NCBI GenBank assembly: GCA_030432595.1 | Contig: JAUIGU010000020.1 | Location: 8,144-72,143, forward strand | Length of the DNA: 64,000 bases | From: Phycisphaerae bacterium | Lineage (GTDB): Bacteria > Planctomycetota > Phycisphaerae > Phycisphaerales > Phycisphaeraceae | Direction: 5' to 3' | Shown: piece by piece, positions 41,929 through 50,353 of the stretch | Layout: the number at the start of each line of letters is the position of its first letter | How positions within the stretch are numbered: position 1 is the first letter of the stretch | Notes under the pieces: generated by a model | Databases searched by the model: none | Told to the model about the DNA's origin: nothing | Seen by the model: only the letters and a program-made list of their open reading frames with translations | Program-made: the position numbers and the translations under genes

Positions 41929-43548
41929 TCAAGCGTCGCCACGCCGGCGACGCGCCGCCCACATCATCCCCGGAACGATCACCGTCAGCGCTGCGGGTTC
42001 GGGGACGTTCGCGCCCGAGAGGTTCGGCGTGGCGGTCGCGCCCCAGTTCAGCAGCACACCGTCGAGTTCTGCCTGGTCGATCAGGCCCTCGGGCAGGTCG
42101 TGGACCCAGAGCGTCGGGACGCCGTTCGCGTCGGTGTCGCGCCCCCAGTTCTGGAGCACGAGGTCGAGGTCGGCCTGCTCGACCTGACCGGAGCCGTTGT
42201 AGTCTCCGATCAGCTCGGCGACTTCGGAGAGCACGCCGAGCACCTGGTTGGCCAGATCGACGAACAGGGTGACGGCCTCGTCGGTTTCGGTGGTCTCGAA
42301 GCCGAAGGATGTGGCGTTGTCGCTGAACCCGTCGGTGCCGACCTGGTCGCCCCAGCCTTCGCCGAAGCTGGCCTTGAATTGGTATATGCCCGGGGTGGAG
42401 ATCGTCGCGTCGTAGGTGTAGTAGCCGTCGCCCTGGGCGCTCATGTTGAACAGGTCGTCGGTGGGGTCCCAGTCGGCGGCGCCGCCGGCCTCGTCCATGA
42501 AGTCGCCGACGACCTGCAGCGGCGCCGAGTCGAAGTCGACCCAGACCACGGGGTTGCCCTGGAGGTTGGTCTGGTTGGTGTCCACGGAGATGGTGGCCGA
42601 GCCGCTCGCGTCGCCGTAGAGCGTCAGGTCGTAAGGAGTGACGCGCGGGTCGCCGGCTTCGATGGGCGGGGTGCCGGCGTCGTTGTAGACGGCAAAGTCG
42701 TAGGCCGTGCCGTTGGCGAGGTTGTTCGCGGTGACGGTGTAGACGCCGCCGGACTCGATCATCAGAAGGGAACTGTTGACGACGTCGTTGTCCGCGGGGT
42801 CGCCCTGCTCGGTCTGCAGGTCGCCGGCGACGACGAAGTTGCCGAAGGGGAACGACTCGACGACCGCGCCGATCGCCCGCGCGTCCAGGTCGACGAAGAA
42901 GGTGACCTGCTGGTCGGCGGCGGAGGTGATGAAGCCGTGCGTGATCGCGTTGTTGTTGAACCCGTCGGTGCCGACCTGGTATCCCCAACCGTCGCCGGTG
43001 GTGACCTTGAACTGGTACACACCCGGCGTGCTGAGCGACGCGTCGAAGGTGTAGTAGCCGTTGCCCTGGGAGCTCATCTGGAAGGTCGGGTCGGCGGGTT
43101 CCCAGTTGGCGGCGCCGCCGGCGGCGACCATGAAGTCGCCGACGACTTGGAACGGCGCGCCGTCGAAGTTGAGCCAGGTCTGCGGGTTGCCCTGGGCGTT
43201 GGTGAGGTTGGTGTCGACGGTGATCGTGGCCGACCCGTCGGCGTCGCCGAAGAGCCGGAGGTCGGCGCCGGGCGGGTTGATCTCCGGGTCGCCCCATTCC
43301 GCGGGCGGCGTGCCTTCGTCGTCCACGATCCGGAAGTTGTAGGGCTCACCATTCAACAGGTTGTTGGCGGTGACCGTGTGGGTTCCGTCGCCCTGATCAA
43401 TCAAAATCAAAGAACTGAAGAACGGGTCCCAGTCAACGATGTCGTTTTGTTCGGTCTGCATCTCACCGGCGACGACAAACGCGGCGTGGGTCGGCGTGAC
43501 GGAGGCCAACAAGGCGAGCGCGGAAAGTCCGGTCAGCAAATGTTTCAT
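41929..43548 (-). CDS. Secreted protein with two copies of a bipartite module of about 210 aa (carbohydrate-binding-like), dockerin-like repeat and PEP-CTERM anchor
   Basis: GGAG lies 7 nt upstream of the ATG. Signal peptide MKHLLTGLSALALLASVTPTHA. Repeated VVAG.LQTEQ...TVTANNL and QVVGDFM..AGGA.NW(D/E)P...YQFK blocks. C-terminus: GDYNGSGQVEQADLDLVLQNWG...NVPEPAALTVIV. Confidence 0.8.
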   Translation of the reverse strand: MKHLLTGLSALALLASVTPTHAAFVVAGEMQTEQNDIVDWDPFFSSLILIDQGDGTHTVTANNLLNGEPYNFRIVDDEGTPPAEWGDPEINPPGADLRLFGDADGSATITVDTNLTNAQGNPQTWLNFDGAPFQVVGDFMVAAGGAANWEPADPTFQMSSQGNGYYTFDASLSTPGVYQFKVTTGDGWGYQVGTDGFNNNAITHGFITSAADQQVTFFVDLDARAIGAVVESFPFGNFVVAGDLQTEQGDPADNDVVNSSLLMIESGGVYTVTANNLANGTAYDFAVYNDAGTPPIEAGDPRVTPYDLTLYGDASGSATISVDTNQTNLQGNPVVWVDFDSAPLQVVGDFMDEAGGAADWDPTDDLFNMSAQGDGYYTYDATISTPGIYQFKASFGEGWGDQVGTDGFSDNATSFGFETTETDEAVTLFVDLANQVLGVLSEVAELIGDYNGSGQVEQADLDLVLQNWGRDTDANGVPTLWVHDLPEGLIDQAELDGVLLNWGATATPNLSGANVPEPAALTVIVPGMMWAARRRRGDA

Positions 43549-43673
43549 GGTTCATCTCCAGGCAGGTCGCGGATGAATCGTTCTGTAGGCGATTCCGAGG
43601 AAGCGACGCGCCCCCGGTTCCGGGAACGCGCCGTGGAAAGTTGTGGTCGTCCGGGCGGTCCCGGCTCCGCGGA

Positions 43674-44492
43674 TCAGGCGTTGTTTCGCGTCCGGCCCAG
43701 CAGCACGACGCCGCCAAGACCCAGGAGCGCCAGCGACGCGGGCTCGGGCACCGAGTTGAAGGTGTTGAAGTCGCCGGCCGACAGCGTGACATCGTCGAAG
43801 CCGATGTTGTTGTCGCTCACGGAGGCGTCTGCGACGCCGTGAAACTCGTTGGAGCGGAACGTCCCGATCGGGTCCAGGTAGGTGCCGACGTAGCGGAACG
43901 AGTCGCCCGGGAGCAGCCCCAGGTCGAGCATCGAGTGGCTGAACGAGTACGGGCCGCCGGCCCCGAAGCCCGCGCCGGTCGCGTTGGCGATGAACGTGTG
44001 GCTGGGCGTGTCGAGTTGGAAGAGGATCGCCAGCCCCGAGTTGATCGCCAGGCCGTAGTTGGCCCGGAACCCCGGGGCGAACGTGACGTCGGCACGCTCG
44101 GTGCCGTTGGTGGCCGAGGTGGCGGCGCGGAGTTCGTCGAAGAACGTGTCGCCGGTGTCGGTGAAGGCGGTCGTGCTCTCGAAGCCGGTCGCGCCGTTGT
44201 CGGTGTCGATGTAGAGGACGACGGCGTTGGCGCCGTCGAGGTTGCTCCCGCCGCCGGTGTTGGCGCCGACGGTCAACGTCCAGTCGAGGTTGCCCAGGGC
44301 GTCGGACGAGATGGCTAGGTCGGAGTTGGTGCCGAAGGCGTTGCCAAATCCGGAGTTGATGCCCGTGCTGGAACCGGCACCGTTGATGACGGTCGGCACC
44401 GCGACCGCGGGCGCGGCCCCCAGACCCAGGACGGCAACACCTAAAGCCACACCAAAGGCGGTACGGACGTTGCTGAGTGATCGATGAATCAT
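43674..44492 (-). CDS. PEP-CTERM-anchored secreted protein of unknown function
   Basis: GGAG lies 7 nt upstream of the ATG. It has a signal peptide and a G/S/T/N-rich body. C-terminus: SVPEPASLALLGLGGVVLLGRTR. Confidence 0.75.
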   Translation of the reverse strand: MIHRSLSNVRTAFGVALGVAVLGLGAAPAVAVPTVINGAGSSTGINSGFGNAFGTNSDLAISSDALGNLDWTLTVGANTGGGSNLDGANAVVLYIDTDNGATGFESTTAFTDTGDTFFDELRAATSATNGTERADVTFAPGFRANYGLAINSGLAILFQLDTPSHTFIANATGAGFGAGGPYSFSHSMLDLGLLPGDSFRYVGTYLDPIGTFRSNEFHGVADASVSDNNIGFDDVTLSAGDFNTFNSVPEPASLALLGLGGVVLLGRTRNNA

Positions 44493-44642
44493 GGCTCTTC
44501 TCCTTCTAAAACAGGGATGACAGACGTGTCGAGACAGAAATCATTCCGTAGTGCGAGGCCGAAACATTCAGCGCGGCCGACCTCGGCTTGATTCATTCGC
44601 CTCGGAAGCGAACCGCGGAACACCGGGCGTTGGAACAAGGCA

Positions 44643-45587
44643 TCAGTTGTGCGGGGTCAGGTAGACCTCCTCGAAGCTGTCGGGGCCGTGCGACGCGCCG
44701 TGGCCGTCGGCAAACGCCACGTCCATGGCGTTGTTGTGCCGGTCTTCCGATTCGTCGTTGTCGCGGATCGGGAGCTTGCCCAGCGACCAGGGCGTCTGGT
44801 AGATCGCGTCGAGCGTGCCGGGCTCGCCTTCGGTCATGAAGGTGCTCGCGGTGTACATCAGCGCCGACCCGCGGCGCATCGGCGTGCCGCTGGCGTTGGT
44901 GCGCGTCCCGCCGTCGGCGAAGAGCATGGTCGTCGTGGGCGACTCGATCAGGTCCAGGCTGCCGCCGACCGCGTCGCCGCCGACCACCTCGATGGGTTGC
45001 ACGTTCGGCCCGCCCAGCGACGGCATCCAGAACGCCCGGCCGTCTCCCTGCGGGTCCGAGTCCCAGGTCGTGACGTCCGCGTTGGGCGCGTACGAAATCG
45101 GCAGAAAGACGCCCTGGTTCGGCCCGGCGATGTTGCTGACCACCTCGTGGCCTTCTTCGTGCGGGTCGCTCGGACAGCGGAAGATCGCAGACACCTTCGG
45201 GTCGGCCGTGTCGAACTGCGCCTCGTTGTCGCCGCCCAGGTACGGCACCAGCGCGCTGGCCCAGTCCTTCATCCGGCCCTTGACGCCGGGGTACTCGGCG
45301 ATCCGCCCCGACAACTGGCCCGGGATCGGCGGCAGCCCGCTCCACGCCAGGTCGCTGCTGCTCAGCGGCACGTGGTAGTCGTGCTCGACGGCGAAGGCCT
45401 GCGCCGCCTGCCCCATCGACCGGACGTTGGCCAGGCAGCCCAGCGTCCGCGCGGCGTTGCGGGCGGCGCTCAGGGCCGGCAGCAGGATCCCGATCAGCAG
45501 GGCGATGATCGAGATCACCACCAGCAGTTCGATGAGCGTAAAGCCGGGGTTTCGCCCCACCCGCGAGGTGTGTGCCGAAGCGAGCAT
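44643..45587 (-). CDS. DUF1559 protein with prepilin-type N-terminal methylation motif and H-X9-DG motif
   Basis: GFTLIELLVVISIIALLIGILLPAL at the N-terminus. HNNAMDVAFADG (H-X9-DG) near the C-terminus. This is a family hallmark of Planctomycetota/Verrucomicrobiota. Confidence 0.88.
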   Translation of the reverse strand: MLASAHTSRVGRNPGFTLIELLVVISIIALLIGILLPALSAARNAARTLGCLANVRSMGQAAQAFAVEHDYHVPLSSSDLAWSGLPPIPGQLSGRIAEYPGVKGRMKDWASALVPYLGGDNEAQFDTADPKVSAIFRCPSDPHEEGHEVVSNIAGPNQGVFLPISYAPNADVTTWDSDPQGDGRAFWMPSLGGPNVQPIEVVGGDAVGGSLDLIESPTTTMLFADGGTRTNASGTPMRRGSALMYTASTFMTEGEPGTLDAIYQTPWSLGKLPIRDNDESEDRHNNAMDVAFADGHGASHGPDSFEEVYLTPHN

Positions 45588-45622
45588 GGTGATCAGTTCC
45601 AGAAGAAAACCAGACTTGGAAG

Positions 45623-45642
45623 ATATAACTCTTGTGTTATAT
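45623..45642. promoter_or_regulatory. AT-rich palindrome ATATAAC-N6-GTTATAT in the divergent promoter region; candidate operator for the adjacent GntR-type regulator
   Basis: Read directly. It is the only AT-rich patch in the 128-nt gap between the DUF1559 gene (-) and the GntR-type gene (+). GntR-family operators are typically short palindromes with GT/AC cores. The function is inferred. Confidence 0.35.
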
Positions 45643-45715
45643 TAACCCGTGCCGGCTCCGTGTCAAGCCCTTTGTGCCCGGCACCGTTTCCCCCGCCCGT
45701 CGGTAGGATTGATCC

Positions 45716-46804
45716 GTGCCCCGTTCGCCCAAGTACACCGAAGTCATGACCGTCCTCGAGCGGCGCATCCGCCGGGGCGACTACCTGCTCGACAGCCTCC
45801 CCGGCGAGCGCACCATCGCCGCCGAGACCGGCGTGAGCCACATGACCGCGCGCAAGGCCGTCCAGGCCCTGATCCACAAACAGGTGCTCTCGCGCGCCGC
45901 CAACGGCACCCTCGAAGTCAATCCGCAGTTCCAGGCCAGCGCCCGCGTCGCCCAGGTCGTGATGCTCTACCCCGCGTACCCCTCGCCGTTCCTGACGCAG
46001 CTCCGGCAGACTGCGCTGGCCGCGACGCGCAAGCACGGCCTCGAGCTCCGCCCCGTCCAGTATGTCCACTGGGACGAGCCCGTCGTGATGGACGCGGTCA
46101 ACCACGAAGGCGGCACCATCATTATCCCCGCCTCCACCGACGTGCCCGAGCGCATCCGGGACACGATGCGCCGGTCGCGCTGCGTCTCGCTCGACATCGA
46201 CCTCAGCCACCACGGCATCAAGTCCGTGCGCCTCTTCCCCGACCAGCACATCCGCCGGCTGCTTAACCACCTCAAACGCCAGGGGCACACCTGCGTGCAC
46301 TGCCTCTCCACGCACACCCGCAACGCCGAGATCGAACGCCGCATCGACCTCTGGAAAGACTGGAAAACCCGGGAAAACCTGGACGGCGAGCTCTGGGAAA
46401 ACCCCGCGCCGTCCTTCGAAGACCCCGCCCCCCTCGCGCACCAGACGATGCGCCCGCTCATCAACAAAAAGGTCAAGCCCGGCGACGCGGTCGTCGCCAC
46501 CACCTTCCCCGCCGCGATGGGCGCGGCCCGCGCCGCGGCCGAGGGCGGGCTCCGCGTCGGCGAAGACCTCTCCGTCTGCGCCGTCAACATCGAGTCGCCC
46601 GCCAAGTTCACCACGCCCACCATCGCCGGCCTCGACACGCCGGGCCTCGCGCCCATCCTCAAAGACTGCTTCGACTGGTTTGCCGGCGACGAGCCCTGGC
46701 CCGGGCCCGACCTCATCGAGCCCCAACGCATCGCCTTCTACCGCGGCGAGTCGATCATCTCCGGCAAAACCAAACCACGCGGCCGATCCAAAGCCAACGC
46801 GTAA
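45716..46804 (+). CDS. GntR-family transcriptional regulator with LacI/PBP-type sugar-binding C-terminal domain
   Basis: The N-terminal wHTH is KYTEVMTVLERRIRRGDYLLDSLPGERTIAAETGVSHMTARKAVQALI. A periplasmic-binding-protein-like fold of about 270 aa follows. GTG start. Confidence 0.8.
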   Translation: MPRSPKYTEVMTVLERRIRRGDYLLDSLPGERTIAAETGVSHMTARKAVQALIHKQVLSRAANGTLEVNPQFQASARVAQVVMLYPAYPSPFLTQLRQTALAATRKHGLELRPVQYVHWDEPVVMDAVNHEGGTIIIPASTDVPERIRDTMRRSRCVSLDIDLSHHGIKSVRLFPDQHIRRLLNHLKRQGHTCVHCLSTHTRNAEIERRIDLWKDWKTRENLDGELWENPAPSFEDPAPLAHQTMRPLINKKVKPGDAVVATTFPAAMGAARAAAEGGLRVGEDLSVCAVNIESPAKFTTPTIAGLDTPGLAPILKDCFDWFAGDEPWPGPDLIEPQRIAFYRGESIISGKTKPRGRSKANA

Positions 46805-46872
46805 TCAAGTTGTTTCAGCACCGGCTCTGCAGATCCCGCCTGCCATCTCCGTAACCCTTACCGCAACCGCTT

Positions 46873-48258
46873 ATGAACCGCATACCCACCGGCCGGAGCG
46901 CCGCCGTCTGCGTGCTGGTCTGTCTCAGCTATCTCGGAACGTTCACGATGAGCCCGCACGCCCGCGCCGACGACCGCGCTTATCCCGACCCGCCGGACTG
47001 GGTCGGCGACAAAGTCTGCTACCAGGTGAACCTCCGGCAGTTTTCCGAGCAAGGCGGGCTCGCCGGCTTCCGGGAACACCTCCCGCGGCTCAAAGAACTC
47101 GGCGTCGGCGTGCTGTGGTTCATGCCCATCCACCCCATCGGCGTCGAGGCCCGCTCCGGCACGCTCGGCAGCCCCTACGCCGTCCGCGACTTCACCGCGT
47201 TCAGCCCCGAGTTCGGCACGATCGACGAATTCAAACACGTCGTCGACGAAGCCCACGGCCTGGGCATGCACGTCATCCTCGACTGGGTCGCCAACCACAC
47301 CGCGCCCGACCACCCCTGGGTCCAACAACACCCCGACTGGTACACCCGCGATGCGCAAGGCCAACTCGTTGCCCCGATCCCCGAGTGGGCGGACGTGGTC
47401 GAGCTGAACTTCGACGCGATGCCCATGCGCGACGCGATGATCGAAGCGATGGAATTCTGGGTCCGCGAAACCGATATCGACGGCTTCCGCTGCGACACCG
47501 CTGAGTGGCAGCCGCTCGACTTCTGGGAGACCGCCCGCGACCGGCTGCGAACGATCAAGCCCGTCTTCATGCTCGCCGAAGGCGCGAAGCCCGAGCTCAT
47601 CGACTACGCCTTCGACGCGACCTACGGCTGGGACTTCGCCGTGATCCTCGAAGGCATCGCCAAGCAGGAGCGCCCGGTCAACGACCTCCGCGAATACATC
47701 GCCAAAGAGGCCGAGATCGTTCAGGGCAGCGCCTTCCGCCTCAACTACACCACCAACCACGACATCAACGCTTGGCAAGGCACGATCGCCGAACGGCTCG
47801 GTGCCGCCGCAGACGCCGCGGCGGTCCTCGCGTTCACGCTGCCCGGCATGCCGCTGATCCATACCGGGCAAGAGGTCGGCCTCGACCGCCGCCTGCCCTT
47901 CTTTGAGCACGCCCCCGTGGCCTGGAAAGAATCACCAAACTCCCGGTTTTTTCAGTCGCTCGGCGAGCTCAAGCGTGCGCTGCCGCCGCTGCATCACGGT
48001 CAGGCCGACGCCCCGGTTCGGATGCTCGAAACAAAGGCGGACAGCCCGGTGATCCTTTTCCGCCGCGAACGCGGGGGGCATGCCGTGACCGTGGCCGTGA
48101 ACCTCAGCCCGGAACCGCAAGTCGTTCACGGCGTTTCAGAATCGGGCAAGGTCAAACCGCCGAGCCACGGCTACGCGTTCGGGCGCGACGGAACGCTCCG
48201 GCTGGACCCGTGGGGCTTTGTGATCTGTCATGCGTCCACACCCGCCGGCCGTCGCTGA
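46873..48258 (+). CDS. GH13 alpha-amylase (secreted, no anchor); paralog of the catalytic domain at 39650-41905
   Basis: It has a signal peptide. GH13 motifs DWVANHT, GFRCDTAEW, FMLAEG and YTTNHD. It is colinear with the catalytic domain of the anchored amylase. Confidence 0.9.
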   Translation: MNRIPTGRSAAVCVLVCLSYLGTFTMSPHARADDRAYPDPPDWVGDKVCYQVNLRQFSEQGGLAGFREHLPRLKELGVGVLWFMPIHPIGVEARSGTLGSPYAVRDFTAFSPEFGTIDEFKHVVDEAHGLGMHVILDWVANHTAPDHPWVQQHPDWYTRDAQGQLVAPIPEWADVVELNFDAMPMRDAMIEAMEFWVRETDIDGFRCDTAEWQPLDFWETARDRLRTIKPVFMLAEGAKPELIDYAFDATYGWDFAVILEGIAKQERPVNDLREYIAKEAEIVQGSAFRLNYTTNHDINAWQGTIAERLGAAADAAAVLAFTLPGMPLIHTGQEVGLDRRLPFFEHAPVAWKESPNSRFFQSLGELKRALPPLHHGQADAPVRMLETKADSPVILFRRERGGHAVTVAVNLSPEPQVVHGVSESGKVKPPSHGYAFGRDGTLRLDPWGFVICHASTPAGRR

Positions 48259-48350
48259 GGGAGCTCCGCTCGACCAGTTCGATCTCCACACCCTCTTCCT
48301 CGAAGCACCCCAGCTCCGCCGCGAGCGCGGCGACGCGAGTCAAGCCTGCG

Positions 48351-50195
48351 CTAATGACGTCCGGCAGCCGGCTTGACGTCCGTGGTGATGCGTGGCCGTG
48401 CCGGCGTCGTCATGCCGTGGCCTAGATAGAAGTCCACCATGTTCGACTGCATGTAGCCGCGGACGGTGAAGCACAGGCGGTACATCGGGTTGTGCGGCAA
48501 CGTGTACAGCCGGCGATCGGTCGGCGTGGTGGTCGTGAAGATGAGCAGGCGGTCACGGTCTTGGTGTTCGAAGATGATTTCTTCGCGCCAGTCGCCGAGG
48601 ATGTCGCCGTAGAAGGGCGGGGCGTTGCGCCAGGAGTGCACGGCTCCGAACGTTGAGGCGTCCAGCACACGCTCGGCGGATTCGGTCTGCGGGTTCCACT
48701 TCAAGACGTGGGTCTTGTCGAGGACTTCGCTTAGGGCATCGCCGTCCCACCAGATGCGGAAGTTGGCGGGGGGTTGTTTGTCGCTGAGCAACTCGCCGGT
48801 TGCCGCGTTGTAGAGGCCGCCGCGGAACCAGTACTCGTAGCCGGGGTGGTCGGGGTCGAGGTCGGCGGCGGTGGCGCGGCCGACGTCATAGACCTCGTCG
48901 CCGTGGTGTTTGCGGAGGATTTCACCGGTGGCGGCGTCGTAGTAGTAGGCCCAGAGTTTCGAGTCGTTGTCCTGCTGGCAGCCCATGCCTTCGAGGCCGG
49001 GGCGTTCGGGGTCGAGGTCGCCGATGTGGAAGCGGTCGCCGTGGATGACACCTTCGAGGCCGTAGAGCAGCGTGCCGTCGTCGTCGATCACGTACCCGCC
49101 GTCGCAGACCTCATCGCGTCCGTCGGCATCAACGTCGACGATGCGGATCTGGTGGAAGTTGCTGGCGTTCGGCGTGTTGCCGCGCTTCCACTGCCAGCGG
49201 TGCGTGAGTTGATCGTCGCGGAAGTCCCACGCGTTGACCTGGAGGTTGAAGCCGCGGCGGACATCATCGCGGCGGTTCTCGGATTTGTAGACCAGGCTCG
49301 GACGAACACCGTCGAGGTACGCGACGCCCATGTGTCCGCCGACCGGGCCGTGCTCGTCGTCGTCGTTGGGGAACGGGGCGCGGGCGCGTTCGGTGCCGGT
49401 CATGCCGTCGAGGATGCTGATGAACTGGTCGGTGTCGTTGTCGTGTTCAAGCGTTGTGCCGTCACCGAACGTGACGCCGTTGGCGGTGCGGATCGCGACC
49501 TCTGCCTTGCCGTTGGAATCGAAGTCGTAGGCCGTGACGTTGTCGGTGTCGCGGAAGCCGGCGACGTTGCCGTGCCCGCTGATCGACGCGGACGGTGTGT
49601 CGTTGCGGGTGACGCGCTGCGAGCCGTTGGGCCCGGTGTCGAGCCGCCAGAGAAACGTGCCGTCGCTGAGGTACGCGTCGAGCTTGGGCGTGCCTTCCGC
49701 GTCGGGCAGGCGATCAACGAGGTAGTCGTACGCGCCGTCGCCATTGAGGTCGGCGACCCAGATCATGTGGACGTAGTGGCCGGGCAGCGGGTCGAGCGAG
49801 ACGGTGATGAAGGGTTGAATCGGCGTGTTCGCAGGCAGGTTGAATGCTTTGCTTGGTTCGCCTTCTTGTCCGTCATCGTCAACGTTCCACACGGTGAACG
49901 CCGTGGTCTGCGCGAAGTCGAGGCCGCGGGCCTCGAAGCAGGTGCCGGCGGTGAGCGGCTGATCGTTGAGTTTGACGGGGTCGGCGTTGCCGGTCGTGGC
50001 GTAGAGGTTGAACGCCGTGTCCTGCGGTTCGGTGCCGAGCAGACGCCAACTGACGAACGCGGCGTTGTCTTGGTGGCGCACGGCGACGATGCCGCGGTCG
50101 AGGTGTTCCATGAGGCGCTGGGCTGAACCGCGCGTCGCTGGCAGCGTGATGAACAACGCGAACACCGCCAGGAAGTGTGCTCGTCGGTGCGTCAT
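48351..50195 (-). CDS. Rhamnogalacturonan endolyase, PL11 (YesW-like)
   Basis: It aligns along its full length with my memory of B. subtilis YesW. Matching blocks: LDRGIVAV...FVSWRLLGTE...FNLY, DFDSNGKAEVAIRTANG, AYLDGVRPSL, VDVDADGRDEV, GDLDPERPGLE, IWWDGD, and LGDWREEIIF...RLYTLPHNPMYRL. Confidence 0.88.
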   Translation of the reverse strand: MTHRRAHFLAVFALFITLPATRGSAQRLMEHLDRGIVAVRHQDNAAFVSWRLLGTEPQDTAFNLYATTGNADPVKLNDQPLTAGTCFEARGLDFAQTTAFTVWNVDDDGQEGEPSKAFNLPANTPIQPFITVSLDPLPGHYVHMIWVADLNGDGAYDYLVDRLPDAEGTPKLDAYLSDGTFLWRLDTGPNGSQRVTRNDTPSASISGHGNVAGFRDTDNVTAYDFDSNGKAEVAIRTANGVTFGDGTTLEHDNDTDQFISILDGMTGTERARAPFPNDDDEHGPVGGHMGVAYLDGVRPSLVYKSENRRDDVRRGFNLQVNAWDFRDDQLTHRWQWKRGNTPNASNFHQIRIVDVDADGRDEVCDGGYVIDDDGTLLYGLEGVIHGDRFHIGDLDPERPGLEGMGCQQDNDSKLWAYYYDAATGEILRKHHGDEVYDVGRATAADLDPDHPGYEYWFRGGLYNAATGELLSDKQPPANFRIWWDGDALSEVLDKTHVLKWNPQTESAERVLDASTFGAVHSWRNAPPFYGDILGDWREEIIFEHQDRDRLLIFTTTTPTDRRLYTLPHNPMYRLCFTVRGYMQSNMVDFYLGHGMTTPARPRITTDVKPAAGRH

Positions 50196-50239
50196 GGCTC
50201 AGCCTTGCGTGTGGCTTTGGTTCGATTTCGATCTCGGGT

Positions 50240-50325
50240 GCCACGGTTGCTTGCAACCGTGCCTGCGGTCACTCGGATGTTCACCGCAACGTTGTGGAGA
50301 CGGCACGGTCGCAAGCGACCGTGGC
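50240..50325. repeat. Pair of inverted REP-like hairpins (CACGGTTGC-TT-GCAACCGTG at 50242-50261 and CACGGTCGC-AA-GCGACCGTG at 50304-50323)
   Basis: Read directly. The second copy is the reverse complement of the first except for two changes (T->C and A->G) that stay complementary within the stem. The pair lies between the stop of the Gfo/Idh/MocA gene and the start of the PL11 gene. Confidence 0.5.
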
Positions 50326-50353
50326 ACCCTTCATCCAAGTCGTTTTGAACGGT

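Noticed and set aside
39650-43297. 1215-aa ORF suggesting one giant gene, plus similar N-terminal over-extensions. These are 50354-52642, 6903-8138, 10213-11127, 11663-13213, 4306-5397 and 61008-61778
   Set aside because: The upstream portions are Arg/Pro-rich nonsense running through neighbouring genes in another frame. In each case an internal ATG/GTG is followed by a signal peptide or the canonical family N-terminus and gives the real gene.
48152-48343. 63-aa - strand ORF between the amylase and the PL11 lyase
   Set aside because: It mostly overlaps the 3' end of the amylase gene in antisense. It has no recognisable features and is too short to support.
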